Source: a virus
Taxonomy: Duplodnaviria; Caudoviricetes
Length of the DNA: 52,885 bases
IMG/VR virus record: IMGVR_UViG_3300011114_000575
Coordinates: 1-52,885 of that record
Reading direction: 5' to 3' (one strand)
Shown here one piece after another: positions 36,001-44,698 of this stretch; the stretch's first letter is position 1; each line of letters starts with the position of its first letter. A model generated the notes under the pieces. The model did not search any database. It saw nothing but the letters and a program-made list of their open reading frames with translations, and had not been told where the DNA came from. The position numbers were made by a program, and so were the translations under genes.

Positions 36001-37867
36001 TGTAAGGATTGACATCCTCATTGTTCACGCGACCATCTGTGGCGTAACCCCTGATTGCGCCGCCATGCGCTGCACCAAAAATATTCCTAACGGATGCCAG
36101 ATACCCTTTGCCTGTGTCCCAATCGCCGCCAGCGCCAAGAATCCCCTTGCTGGCTGCGGTCTTATCCGTAGCGGCGGAACCCACAAGAGCGGACTGGGCT
36201 GCTCCGGCCAATCCCTTGGCGGCCTCTACCTGCTTGGCAAAATTAATAACTTCTTTGTCACGGGGGTGCTGATCCGGCGGAGGAGAAGCAACAGCCAAAC
36301 GCCCAGACGGCATGCTGCTTTGCGTCGGGATGTTCAGACCCTGCCCCTGACCACCAAGGCCAGCGCCAATTTGCCCCTTGCGGGCATTAGCCAAAATATG
36401 GGCAAAATAGTCTGGCATGCCACCTTCGGCAAAACCTTCGCCAGCGCGCTCCGGCACAACGCCACCACCCATAGACGCGCCACCATAGGCGAAGTGCCCA
36501 CGATGCGCAGCGTCCTCAGTGGCGCGGTCGTAGTCCACAGTCTTATAGCCGCCAGCAACGCCAACAGCCTCAGGGTGCTTGCGCTCAACGTCCTGCGCAA
36601 TCAACCCAATCTGAGTGCCACGCTGCCCCTTGTAGTTGTAGCGGTAGATCGGCTGCCCATCGAAGGTCTCACCAACCTGATGAACATTCTCCTTGAGGCG
36701 CTTGTCAGAGAAGAACGAAGCAGGCTGCGTCGTTGTTGTCGTAGAGCCCGACTGGGAGCCAGTCCCCAGGGCAATGTTGGCAAGGAACTGCGCCACCTGG
36801 AATGGGTAGCCCTGCTGCTGGAGGAACTGATTATAGAGGGCAGTGTTCTGTGCCTGCTGCGTCTGCTGCTCCTGCGTTCCGGCAGCCAACTGCGCCGAGG
36901 CACCCTGCAAGGCGGCGCCCTGTGCGCCAGTGCCGAGGGCAGCAAGGTTCTGAGCCGTCTTCTCGCCCATGCCGTAGACGCCCTGGCCCAGGCCAGCAAT
37001 CTGCTGCCCCGCCGCCAAGCCCTGCCCGAACTGCTGCTGCCCCAGGCCGGCTAGCTGACCGGCCGTGGCGGCGCCCTGACCAAACTGCTGCTGGCCAATG
37101 CCCATCATCTGACCGGCGCCAGCCTGCAAGGCGGCACGATTGGCCTGCTGCGCCCCAAGGCCAACGCCCTGCTGCTGCTGCGCCGTCCCAAGCGCCTGCC
37201 CGTAGCCGGTATTGTAGAGGTTCGCGAGGGTCTGCTGATTGGCGAGGTTCTGCTTATAGGCAAGGTTGGCCGCCGCGACGCCAGACCGATCACCACCAAA
37301 TGCACCAGACTTAATAGCGTCGCTGGTAAGCTGCGACTGCTGCTCCTGGTTCTGCTGGTTCATCGCCTGCATGGTCGCGCCGACCACGTTGTTGAGGTAT
37401 GGCGACATATACTGGTTGATTGCAGCCTGCCCCAGGTAGGTTGGGTTCACGGCCTGCGTGCCTGCTGCGGCTAGGCCAGTGGCGGCCTGATTGTAGGGCT
37501 GTGCGGCGGCTTGAGCGCCCTGTAGCGCCCCATACGACTCCTGGCCAAGCTGCGCACCCAGGCCATAGGCGCCGCCATACACGTCCATCGCGGCGCCGTA
37601 GTAGGGGGTCGCGGCCTGCTGGCCTTGCAGGAGGGATTCGGTAGCGCCCGTGAAGTAGGGTTGGGCCTGCCCGGCGGCCTGATTGACGTTGGCAATCGCA
37701 GCGTTCTGCGTGCTGGTCATCGGCGCCACAAACTGCCCCTGGTAGGGCTGGTAGGGCGTCTGCGCGACATCGGAGGCATACTTATTGACGGCGTTGTATC
37801 TCGCCATAACCTCCGGCGGGATTTGAACGCTGGAGGTCGAAGTCGAGGTCTTGCCGCCGCCGCTCAT
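33050..37867 (-). CDS. Large ejection polyprotein with two internal peptidase S74 domains and a lysozyme-like domain
   Basis: 1605 aa; Gln-rich N-terminus; SDKRLK...GLIAQDVE..HPEAV...VDY twice; RTNNQGAI...FAVFKTPEDG...IVSRWA cell-wall-hydrolase-like region at about 33940-34305. Confidence 0.8.
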   Translation of the reverse strand: MSGGGKTSTSTSSVQIPPEVMARYNAVNKYASDVAQTPYQPYQGQFVAPMTSTQNAAIANVNQAAGQAQPYFTGATESLLQGQQAATPYYGAAMDVYGGAYGLGAQLGQESYGALQGAQAAAQPYNQAATGLAAAGTQAVNPTYLGQAAINQYMSPYLNNVVGATMQAMNQQNQEQQSQLTSDAIKSGAFGGDRSGVAAANLAYKQNLANQQTLANLYNTGYGQALGTAQQQQGVGLGAQQANRAALQAGAGQMMGIGQQQFGQGAATAGQLAGLGQQQFGQGLAAGQQIAGLGQGVYGMGEKTAQNLAALGTGAQGAALQGASAQLAAGTQEQQTQQAQNTALYNQFLQQQGYPFQVAQFLANIALGTGSQSGSTTTTTQPASFFSDKRLKENVHQVGETFDGQPIYRYNYKGQRGTQIGLIAQDVERKHPEAVGVAGGYKTVDYDRATEDAAHRGHFAYGGASMGGGVVPERAGEGFAEGGMPDYFAHILANARKGQIGAGLGGQGQGLNIPTQSSMPSGRLAVASPPPDQHPRDKEVINFAKQVEAAKGLAGAAQSALVGSAATDKTAASKGILGAGGDWDTGKGYLASVRNIFGAAHGGAIRGYATDGRVNNEDVNPYNDPDKETFSLNIPNQKPIINPPKPEQAGSGQSGGLGNDLTKVAGLVGAGKTFFEGAAGLASLFSDKRLKENIHQIGKTFDGQPVYRYNYKGHPETQIGLIAQDVEHKHPEAVGLAGGYKTVDYGRATEGAAHRGHFAYGGLPGVDTDDPQIDNFYGNYNSNLSDPSSVFHNLDRFNVNSGRDAGARSAPPVSAQGANADGLHVDTQRALGIANQGFLNNVMANPGGLYAPQQIRDLQPDERAGADQSPAVRSAASAIIPPQTGLGATPSPSSQGSGTDTQRALGIANQDFLNNVMTNPGGRYAPAAQARQTEGPAPGLASGTEPYAPQQASEQPLAAPASAPAVISRPGGGVAPAQQVEARALPPGASLAQSETPNVVASAPVSQNVQQAGLGAVPTPSPAPEKPDEGSKGSWFSRNQDWLVPLLTGVGTMAASPSRYLGSAFAQGLAGAAGAYGNVQNQMVQREKIATETALMPQAMQIRMAEATNKTMEFIRGNYKPQTDENNNIVGYTSLLDGRTYTPQQMNSIYQNALSMFGADKGAATILGGAPTAPQGPAASPSGAGTPLTVRTNNQGAIKDGQFAKNMPGYAGSENGFAVFKTPEDGRNAQISLLQNYANNGLVTPQQIVSRWASEYKPGHPKYEEDQRSVANYISNVSSQLGIKPTDQIDFKNPQVVGKLADAMASFESGAAAGRRTSGTPQAQPQPPAAPTIKTQFDDDVAAANQKLQTLTARTRTAITPEAKAAIEQEANDVRAELSNALQLQGAAKLEQGKMFRELYSSSADEARAARALQQQAELMINTIQSPGTSPSMGPQAERLKYLAGTLRQFGFPSWISDAFTDPAKVDVIDKMRNMMTAELGKIETPAGRQLLAQWNAAQGTSPGSAMTREGALFLLKNVIQKRAQHEIEKFDVVKNSPRGDYYTALDSVNAFDMSQPLYNTMYSSQSPSERSAIPSRPSWAPAGAQYSPSTGQWWHNGKRIEPPV
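35582..36712. repeat. Duplicated 234-bp S74 module
   Basis: Copies at 36479-36712 and 35582-35815; near-identical protein with many synonymous changes. Confidence 0.9.
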
Positions 37868-38355
37868 CTAGGATGATCCTTCAACAACTTCGTCGTCGCC
37901 CCGTAGAGGAAGAAAGCTCCCGTGGGCTCTCCGAACTTCCTCTTATAAAGCCTGACCTTGGCTTCTGTCCGATTGTTGCTCAATACACCGATAATCAACG
38001 GAATGCCAAGGCTATCAGATACCTCTTTCGCAAAGTCGCAAAGCTTCCCGGCCCGGCCACCCTTGGCGCTCCTGTATTCCGGGTGAACGAAGATCGCCTT
38101 CTCTTCAATGACATCCTGGTCAGAATACCACATCTTGCCGGTTCGCAGGAGAATGGCGGCTTCAAGCTTTTGCCCAGGCTCGCCAATAACGCCCATGATG
38201 CCATGGTCGTTGTTTAACGCTGGCCAGATATCACCAAGAAGTTTCGTCGGGTTGGGGTCAACGAATCCATTTTCATCAGTAGCCATCATGGCTAATTCCA
38301 TAACCGCGTCAACGTCGGCAGGAGTTCCAATACGAATCTTGATGTCTTCAGACAT
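37864..38355 (-). CDS. GNAT-fold acyltransferase-like protein
   Basis: IRIGTPADV start, EKAIFVHPEYRS..GGRAGKL acetyl-CoA-binding-like motif, RLYKRKFG. Confidence 0.7.
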   Translation of the reverse strand: MSEDIKIRIGTPADVDAVMELAMMATDENGFVDPNPTKLLGDIWPALNNDHGIMGVIGEPGQKLEAAILLRTGKMWYSDQDVIEEKAIFVHPEYRSAKGGRAGKLCDFAKEVSDSLGIPLIIGVLSNNRTEAKVRLYKRKFGEPTGAFFLYGATTKLLKDHPR

Positions 38356-38362
38356 AAATGCA

Positions 38363-38995
38363 CTAATCCTTCTTTGGGCCAGGAAGATTCTTGAGGGTTT
38401 TTACGGTTTTTGCCCTCATTTGCTTGACAAACTCATCAAGGATTTTGTGGCCATCGTCAAGCGAGCCACCGCCAAGATGCTCAACAGACTTGGGGTCGAT
38501 CACATACTCGCCACCGGCAGCGACAATCGGAACGGTGCCTGTAGAGCCGCCTGCGGCCTTGTGGGGCATAGGCGCGCCGTAGGGTAGGCCACGACCACCA
38601 TAGGGCTTGCCGGCGCCCATGAAGGGCGTAGAGAAGATGTTCTGGGCCACCTTGAACCCCGCCATCGTGTTCCCCTCGCCCATGGCACTGATGATGTCGG
38701 CGGGGATGACGTAGGAGCCGGAGGCAACGTGCATCGGCAGGTGGTCCGTGCGACCGGCCACAGGGCTGTGGATAGGGCCGGCGTGAACCTTGGTTGTCGT
38801 GCCGCCTTCAAAGGCAGGAGGCGCGTCTGGCATCGGAGGTTCCGGCGGGGAGAAGGGGCCGCCACCGGCCTTAGTCTTCCTGGCCGTATTCAGCGCCGCC
38901 GCAATCGCCTGATCCTGCGGGTGGCCAGCGTGGACCATCTCCCGGATATTGGTGCTGATCGTCTTTTGGCTTTTGCCGTGGATCAAAGGCATCAC
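38363..38995 (-). CDS. Virion-associated protein with duplicated (G-S/E-YVI) module
   Basis: [28 protein letters not shown] and [14 protein letters not shown], preceded by KAGGG and KAAGG. Confidence 0.7.
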   Translation of the reverse strand: MMPLIHGKSQKTISTNIREMVHAGHPQDQAIAAALNTARKTKAGGGPFSPPEPPMPDAPPAFEGGTTTKVHAGPIHSPVAGRTDHLPMHVASGSYVIPADIISAMGEGNTMAGFKVAQNIFSTPFMGAGKPYGGRGLPYGAPMPHKAAGGSTGTVPIVAAGGEYVIDPKSVEHLGGGSLDDGHKILDEFVKQMRAKTVKTLKNLPGPKKD

Positions 38996-39000
38996 TTACC

Positions 39001-40299
39001 TCAGATGGTCAAGTCGTAAACTTGGAGAGTCGCAATGCCAGAACCAGCGGGCGAGTTGTTTAACCCACGAGCCGCCACAGTCATAGTATCACTTGTGCCA
39101 AAGCCGTTTCCAGACAAAGAAGCCGTCAGGCCAAGCTGAAGGTCGAAATTATAGCCTGTTTGCGCGGCAACGCCTTGACTGGACTGGTTGCTTGCTGCCG
39201 TAAAGTCAGACTGCATAATGCTATCAACAGTTGGCGCAACAGCTACCGTAGCCGCCGTATCGACATCGACATGCCCATTGGCAATTGCACTAGCGGCCCA
39301 CGTAGCCCCCGTCAGCGTTGCATTTTTGATAAGCACAATTTCATAGCTGCCAGATGCGGTAGGCAAGAAGTTGACGATAGAGGGGATGATAATAGCGCCA
39401 TAATAAGAGGAGTTTATGCGAACGGAAACAATTGGCGTAAAGGTCAGGCCAGTATTGTTGGCAATCGTGATACCATTACCGCTAGGGCGAGCAATATATG
39501 GCTGAGATATCTGCTCGTATCCACCCTCAGAAATGACAGTTGCACAAATTTGCTGCAAGGTAGCAGCAGAAGTTGTTGTTCCCGTCGTAAAAATCTCATA
39601 CCTTATAGGCAGAATGGCAGTCTGCATGTAGACTTTTGTCTGGTTGTTGGAGTTTGAAAAAATATGGGCGGTGTAAAACACGCCATTCTCAACAAACCCA
39701 ACCTGCACGTTGCCGACGCCCAGCCACTCAAAAGACATGAACATGATTTGAGTCTTGGTCAAATCAAGATTTATGCCGCTAGGCCCGCTGCCGTTAAACT
39801 TATCAACGTTCCAATTGGCTTGAGTCACAAAGCGAGAGTTATCGACTGAACCGCTAGTGTAGGTGCGAACAACAAAAGAAATCTGCGAACCCGCCTGCTC
39901 CAGGTAGACGCCATTGTAGGCGCTGTAGTAGCCGGCGCGCTGCGTCAGATTGGTCTGTGCAGCGGCAAAGGAGAAGGTCTGAAGCGTCAGCAGGCTTTTG
40001 CCGGGCTGATAAGGGAAGACGCGGTAGGTCTGGCTTAAAACCTGAGACCCAGAGGTTGTCGTGACAGCCAAAGCAATGGCGCTCTGATTCGTGACATAGG
40101 TTGCCGTGCCGCCTGTCGCCGTGGCAAAGCTAAACGCCGCATCAGCCGCAAACCGGCTCTGGGAATCAAACACAGTGAACGGCTGAGAGACACGAAGCCG
40201 CCCAAAGGCATCAACCGTGTTGCCGAGAAACTGAGAAATCTGCCCGGTAACAGGAGCCGAAGCACTATACCCAAGTGCCGGGAACTGCGTGATGGTCAA
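39001..40299 (-). CDS. Putative virion structural protein (DAFGRLRVS type)
   Basis: Beta-rich, 432 aa; TTG start overlapping the upstream TGA, or expressed by -1 frameshift. Confidence 0.7.
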   Translation of the reverse strand: MTITQFPALGYSASAPVTGQISQFLGNTVDAFGRLRVSQPFTVFDSQSRFAADAAFSFATATGGTATYVTNQSAIALAVTTTSGSQVLSQTYRVFPYQPGKSLLTLQTFSFAAAQTNLTQRAGYYSAYNGVYLEQAGSQISFVVRTYTSGSVDNSRFVTQANWNVDKFNGSGPSGINLDLTKTQIMFMSFEWLGVGNVQVGFVENGVFYTAHIFSNSNNQTKVYMQTAILPIRYEIFTTGTTTSAATLQQICATVISEGGYEQISQPYIARPSGNGITIANNTGLTFTPIVSVRINSSYYGAIIIPSIVNFLPTASGSYEIVLIKNATLTGATWAASAIANGHVDVDTAATVAVAPTVDSIMQSDFTAASNQSSQGVAAQTGYNFDLQLGLTASLSGNGFGTSDTMTVAARGLNNSPAGSGIATLQVYDLTI

Positions 40300-40712
40300 G
40301 TAGAATTTCCCCCAGATATCGTCACAGTGATGCCAGAAGCCAAAGCATAACCCTGAATCGTCGCCCCGGCCCCAATAATCTGGGTGCTTTCCCACAAAAC
40401 GGTAGTGTTGCCAGGAATGGGCGTGTTGTAAAATATCGCATTACCCGCGCCAGCTACGCCGCCAAGCGGGACAAAAAACAAATACACATTGATTGTAAGG
40501 GATGTGGTGTTGCAGATATTGATAGAGTTTACGTGCGACTTTGCGCCTGAAGATGCCGCGTATAGAGTAGCAACAGACGTTCCAAGCGTCGTCTGACAAA
40601 GCTGCGTAGTGGAGATGTTATTGTAGACACCAAGAAGATACGACGCAAGATTGTTGATGGCAATCACGCCATTCTTTTGCGTCGTAAGAATGTCTGAGAG
40701 AGATGCGCTCAT
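40296..40712 (-). CDS. Putative tail accessory protein
   Basis: 138 aa, beta-sandwich-like; coupled to the nozzle gene. Confidence 0.7.
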   Translation of the reverse strand: MSASLSDILTTQKNGVIAINNLASYLLGVYNNISTTQLCQTTLGTSVATLYAASSGAKSHVNSINICNTTSLTINVYLFFVPLGGVAGAGNAIFYNTPIPGNTTVLWESTQIIGAGATIQGYALASGITVTISGGNST

Positions 40713-42769
40713 TAGAATTTGCCATCCTGCTGGAGCCTGTATCTAATGTTGCCAAGCCTCCAGAAGCTATCAATGTCGCTGCTGGCAATGCCGATCGAGA
40801 CAAGGCGCCCACGGAACCTAGTGTTAAAATAATCTGTTGCCTGAGTTACGGTGTATGGACCATATGCTTCTGGCGTGGCGCCTGGGTAGTCAGTGACATA
40901 GAATGTGATTTGCACGTTGGCGCTAGGGGTTTGATTGTAATAGCCCCACTTCATATCAGGCCAAACAAGATCAACGAAAGACTTTACGTCGCCATCCTGC
41001 ATGGCAAAATAGCCAGTCTGGAAGCTGGACGACATAGGCTGCTCATCAGCATTCGGGGAAATCTCGTGCTGATAGATAATGTTGGTCGAACTAGAACCAA
41101 TGGGAGGGCCAAAAACAGACTGATTAATCCAAGCAGTCCTGTCTAGGGTGCCAAAATCCCAGCCCCGCGTGTTGATATTATACTTTACATAGTTGGTGTT
41201 TTCGCCACCATTGACGGTTGGATAATACCAAGTAACTTCACCAAACTGCGAGTTCGTGGCAATCCTAATTTTCTTGATAGTGTCGCTGTTCAGGTTGGTG
41301 ATTGTCTGAAAGACAACGTCCCAAATGGGGCAGTAGATAGGCATAACGCCTTCGCCAGACAGCATGAAAAACTGAGTCTGGCTCATCCAATAGACAATGC
41401 CGTTCATTGAGGCTGCGGCCTTCGGGGCAATCAGGCCGCATCCCGTCCCAATCTCATTAAAGCTGTAGATGAACGGCTGGCCGACATACTGCATCGCCCA
41501 CACGGCAAGGTCAGTCCAAAGCAGGCCCTGCTGGGGGCCTTGGATGCCGCCGACAATCAGGGAGCCGCGAGGGATGCGGTAGGAGCCAGCCTGATTGGTG
41601 GACTGAGCGATCCACACAGACAGGTTGCCTACGTCACACCAGCGCACCAGCATCGGGTCTTGGATGCCGTTGAAGGTGGAACCCCACGCGATGATCTGCT
41701 GCTCCGGCATGGCCACGAAGGCGCCAGAGTTGGCCGCAGGGCCTTGAGGAATGACCGTGGCGATAGGCGACGACACGGTGGGGCTCCAGATATAGATCGG
41801 GCCACCGTAGGGGCAGGAGACGAGGATGCTGCCCCAATTGTCGAGCGTCCAGTCCGTCGCAGTGATGGGTGTGCCAACGGCGGCAACTGGAGGGACACCC
41901 GTCCCCCAGCCACCATCACCCCAGCCGCCAGCGCCCCAGCCAACGCCAGCCGCCGGAGTCCCAATGCCAACATAATACAGATACGACGCATTGCCACCAT
42001 TGAGGTAGCCTGTCGTCGTAGACGTGGCAGAGGCGGATGTTTGAATAGTAAATATGCTGCTCGATGTTACGCCAGTTACCGTGTAATTACCAGAAAAAGT
42101 GATGCCACCAACGGTCGTGGACATAAGAACAGGAAATGTGGAGCCAATCGAATAGCCGTGATTAGGCAGCGTCACAGATACGGTTGACGATCCGCTAACC
42201 ACAGAAAATTGAGGAAGCACAGCAGTCGAAGATGTTGTCGTGGCAAGCTTTGGATTGCCAAGAGCATCGGTAGCAATGATGGTGTAATTATTTGCATCAA
42301 ATGCGTAGCACTGATAAAGGCCAAAAAGAACAAGATTGCTGACGCTTATCTGCGTTTTGATAAAAACAGTGTTATAGCTAGTCACATTTGAAGATGGATC
42401 GTTGATGTTTACAACGCTGCTGCCAGCCGTAGTAGACGCCGGATAGGTTGCAATAGCCGGGCTAGTGGAGAATGTCCTAGGTGTGATATTGGTAAGAGCG
42501 TTATTGAGAATTGTATTTAAGGATGATACGCATCCAACGCCAAGATATTTGTTGCTGTTTACATCAGCCCAAGCCAAAAGCGCGCGGACAACACTGTCCA
42601 TGGCCGTGGGGTAGAACTTCCCCCAGCCGCCCAGCTTCTGCGGCAGCGCGACGCCTTTGTCATCAATCATGAAGCGGATAAGCTGAGACTGCGAGATGCC
42701 AGCCTCGTTCAGCGCCGGGGTGCGGTTCTGATTGACGGTCGGGAGAAGCTTCAGGGATGCGTGCGGCAT
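40712..42769 (-). CDS. Tail nozzle / tail tubular protein B-like
   Basis: 685 aa; beta-propeller-like C-half (WTLDNWG, LVRWCD, AGSYRI, TRFRGR) with inserted Ser/Thr-rich domains. Confidence 0.7.
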   Translation of the reverse strand: MPHASLKLLPTVNQNRTPALNEAGISQSQLIRFMIDDKGVALPQKLGGWGKFYPTAMDSVVRALLAWADVNSNKYLGVGCVSSLNTILNNALTNITPRTFSTSPAIATYPASTTAGSSVVNINDPSSNVTSYNTVFIKTQISVSNLVLFGLYQCYAFDANNYTIIATDALGNPKLATTTSSTAVLPQFSVVSGSSTVSVTLPNHGYSIGSTFPVLMSTTVGGITFSGNYTVTGVTSSSIFTIQTSASATSTTTGYLNGGNASYLYYVGIGTPAAGVGWGAGGWGDGGWGTGVPPVAAVGTPITATDWTLDNWGSILVSCPYGGPIYIWSPTVSSPIATVIPQGPAANSGAFVAMPEQQIIAWGSTFNGIQDPMLVRWCDVGNLSVWIAQSTNQAGSYRIPRGSLIVGGIQGPQQGLLWTDLAVWAMQYVGQPFIYSFNEIGTGCGLIAPKAAASMNGIVYWMSQTQFFMLSGEGVMPIYCPIWDVVFQTITNLNSDTIKKIRIATNSQFGEVTWYYPTVNGGENTNYVKYNINTRGWDFGTLDRTAWINQSVFGPPIGSSSTNIIYQHEISPNADEQPMSSSFQTGYFAMQDGDVKSFVDLVWPDMKWGYYNQTPSANVQITFYVTDYPGATPEAYGPYTVTQATDYFNTRFRGRLVSIGIASSDIDSFWRLGNIRYRLQQDGKF

Positions 42770-42772
42770 ACC

Positions 42773-43513
42773 TTACCTCCCTGGCGTGGCCACGACGGCG
42801 GGGCTCATGGAAGACCAGCCGCCAGCTTCGAACTTCTTGCGGAACTCCTCCACCGTGGCGCCCTTGACGAGAGCCTGATACTGGCTTTCGTAAGACACGG
42901 CCATGGCAGGGTCGTCGCTTTGGCGACCAAAGTTCCGCTGATATGCGGAGATATAGATCATGCTGGCCATGATAAACAAACTTGGCAGATTTTGACTAAT
43001 AAATGTCGTGGGAACAGTAGCCGAAAGTGAGGGCGGGCGATACGTCCCAATAATTTCCAAGGTATACGGGCCATCAGGGAATGGCGCGATCAAAAAAGTA
43101 TTGAGTGTCTGGGTTGTCGGTGTTGTGCCGGTGCTGCTTTGGCTTTGAGGCGCAAAGTAGCTGGGTGTGGCCGTGTAGGTGGCACTTGGATAGTTGATGT
43201 TGATGAACTCTTTTGTCGTCGGCAGCATAGGAACCCGCGTCCCGGAATCAGGCGACACGGTCCCATAGGGAGTGATGGCGTTGATCTCCTGGACAGTCAC
43301 AAACTGAGGGAACGTCACCGACCGAGTGCCAGTCGGAATCGTCTGCGTGGCCGTTGTCACCGTCGCCAGGAGGTCTAAGTCCCTGTAAATCCTCAGTTCG
43401 GCGTAATCAATCATTGCCGGCAGGATGGTTAGGAAGTTAGGATCAGTCGGGGAGACGACAGCCATCTCGGCGATCTGGGTCTGGTAGCTTGAATAGGTTA
43501 GGCCGGTCGTCAT
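42773..43513 (-). CDS. Head-tail adaptor / tail tubular protein A-like
   Basis: IDYAELRIYRDL...IAPFPDGPY..EI motifs; upstream of the nozzle. Confidence 0.7.
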   Translation of the reverse strand: MTTGLTYSSYQTQIAEMAVVSPTDPNFLTILPAMIDYAELRIYRDLDLLATVTTATQTIPTGTRSVTFPQFVTVQEINAITPYGTVSPDSGTRVPMLPTTKEFININYPSATYTATPSYFAPQSQSSTGTTPTTQTLNTFLIAPFPDGPYTLEIIGTYRPPSLSATVPTTFISQNLPSLFIMASMIYISAYQRNFGRQSDDPAMAVSYESQYQALVKGATVEEFRKKFEAGGWSSMSPAVVATPGR

Positions 43514-43543
43514 CTTTTAGGCCCCAATCACGCCAACACTGCC

Positions 43544-43572
43544 GATATAGCGGCGCTCTAAACAAAAGTAAA
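43544..43572 (-). promoter_or_regulatory. Putative late promoter TTTACT-N17-TATATC
   Basis: Same -35 hexamer and CTATA as the capsid-operon promoter at 783-810. Confidence 0.45.
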
Positions 43573-43619
43573 CCTTAGAGTTGCCCTCTTAGTTTCCCGC
43601 GCAAGATTAGCGTATAATT

Positions 43620-43985
43620 TTACTCTACAACCTCAAGAGTCCTATCATTGCTTACCGCAACGGTAGCGCGAACTGACCTATTTTGAATGATACAGCCATT
43701 GCTGGCCGTGCGATTCATAGACGTGTTGTCGCCATGGATTAGGAAACCATCACGCCCAAAAGTATCAGTCCCCTTCATGGGCGTAAGACGCATTGTCATA
43801 GGGCCTGCCTTGGGATGCGTGAACGCAACACCAATGCTATAAAGCCCACGAGGAATAGGTCCAACATCACGAATAGCTTGAGCCTCAGGGTTATTCACCC
43901 CATTGCCACAACCAGCATACCCAGAGCCCACGACCTTGTCGTTATAAGACAGATTGCCTGTCTTTTGCGAATATTTCCACGTCAC
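43620..43985 (-). CDS. Tlde1/DUF2778-like L,D-transpeptidase-fold protein, candidate endolysin
   Basis: GPIPRGLYSI, GRDGFLIHGD...ASNGCII catalytic His/Cys motif; adjacent to the holin. Confidence 0.8.
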   Translation of the reverse strand: MTWKYSQKTGNLSYNDKVVGSGYAGCGNGVNNPEAQAIRDVGPIPRGLYSIGVAFTHPKAGPMTMRLTPMKGTDTFGRDGFLIHGDNTSMNRTASNGCIIQNRSVRATVAVSNDRTLEVVE

Positions 43986-44410
43986 TTGGACACCCCCTTG
44001 ACCTTCTCGATGGTGCGAGACGCGCTATACCCAAGGAAACAGAATCCAAACATCTGCCACATGGTCTCAGGAATGGCCGCAAGCCACTTTTGAAGACCAA
44101 TGGCAATCAGGTCGGCATGCTTGGGGGTGATGCCATACAAAATTCCCATGGGGATGCTGCCCAACATGAGAATATACATGACATACATGAAGCTAGGACG
44201 TGCGCGAGAGGTCCACTTATCAGAAGAATTGGCCTCCGCAAGCATGACGCTCATCTGCTGCTGAAGATTTGCCAGCGCAGCGTCAGCGTTTGCCTTGATA
44301 ATCATAGCCTGTGCTGCGGCCGTCTCCGTTGGATTCGGCCAAATCTTGTTGATGGCGTCATCAATTAGCTTTGAGGCATTAGAGATAGCGTCATCAATGC
44401 CGAATGCCAT
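43982..44410 (-). CDS. Holin (3-TM gene-transfer-agent type)
   Basis: AEANS..WTSRARP..MY, hydrophobic helices, LGYSASRTIEKVKG C-terminus. Confidence 0.8.
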   Translation of the reverse strand: MAFGIDDAISNASKLIDDAINKIWPNPTETAAAQAMIIKANADAALANLQQQMSVMLAEANSSDKWTSRARPSFMYVMYILMLGSIPMGILYGITPKHADLIAIGLQKWLAAIPETMWQMFGFCFLGYSASRTIEKVKGVSK

Positions 44411-44655
44411 TACTTATCCGCCTTTCTTTGCTCCAGAGCGTCAAGCTTATCAAAAATCTTAGAACACAACTCCTTGATTTCTTTAAAGGAGTCAGAATAC
44501 TCTTCCTTCGGCACATACTTTGATGGAAGATCAATCTCAATCTGATGGATATCTTTTTGAAGCTGCTTCACGGCACCCCACAACTCCCTAGCAAACCAGC
44601 CGAGAGCGGACAATATGGCTCCGCCCGCAAGATTGATGATGGATTGAGTGTCCAC
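44410..44655 (-). CDS. Small membrane-anchored coiled-coil protein (lysis accessory)
   Basis: N-terminal TM helix, YVPKEEY, IFDKLD..KADK. Confidence 0.7.
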   Translation of the reverse strand: MDTQSIINLAGGAILSALGWFARELWGAVKQLQKDIHQIEIDLPSKYVPKEEYSDSFKEIKELCSKIFDKLDALEQRKADK

Positions 44656-44698
44656 GGCGCTCTCTTCAAAACATCAAAGGCAAGTTGCAGGGGTGCGC

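Noticed and set aside
35582-36712. Diversity-generating retroelement template/variable repeat pair
   Set aside because: Differences are mostly synonymous and not adenine-specific, both copies are coding, and no reverse transcriptase was found.
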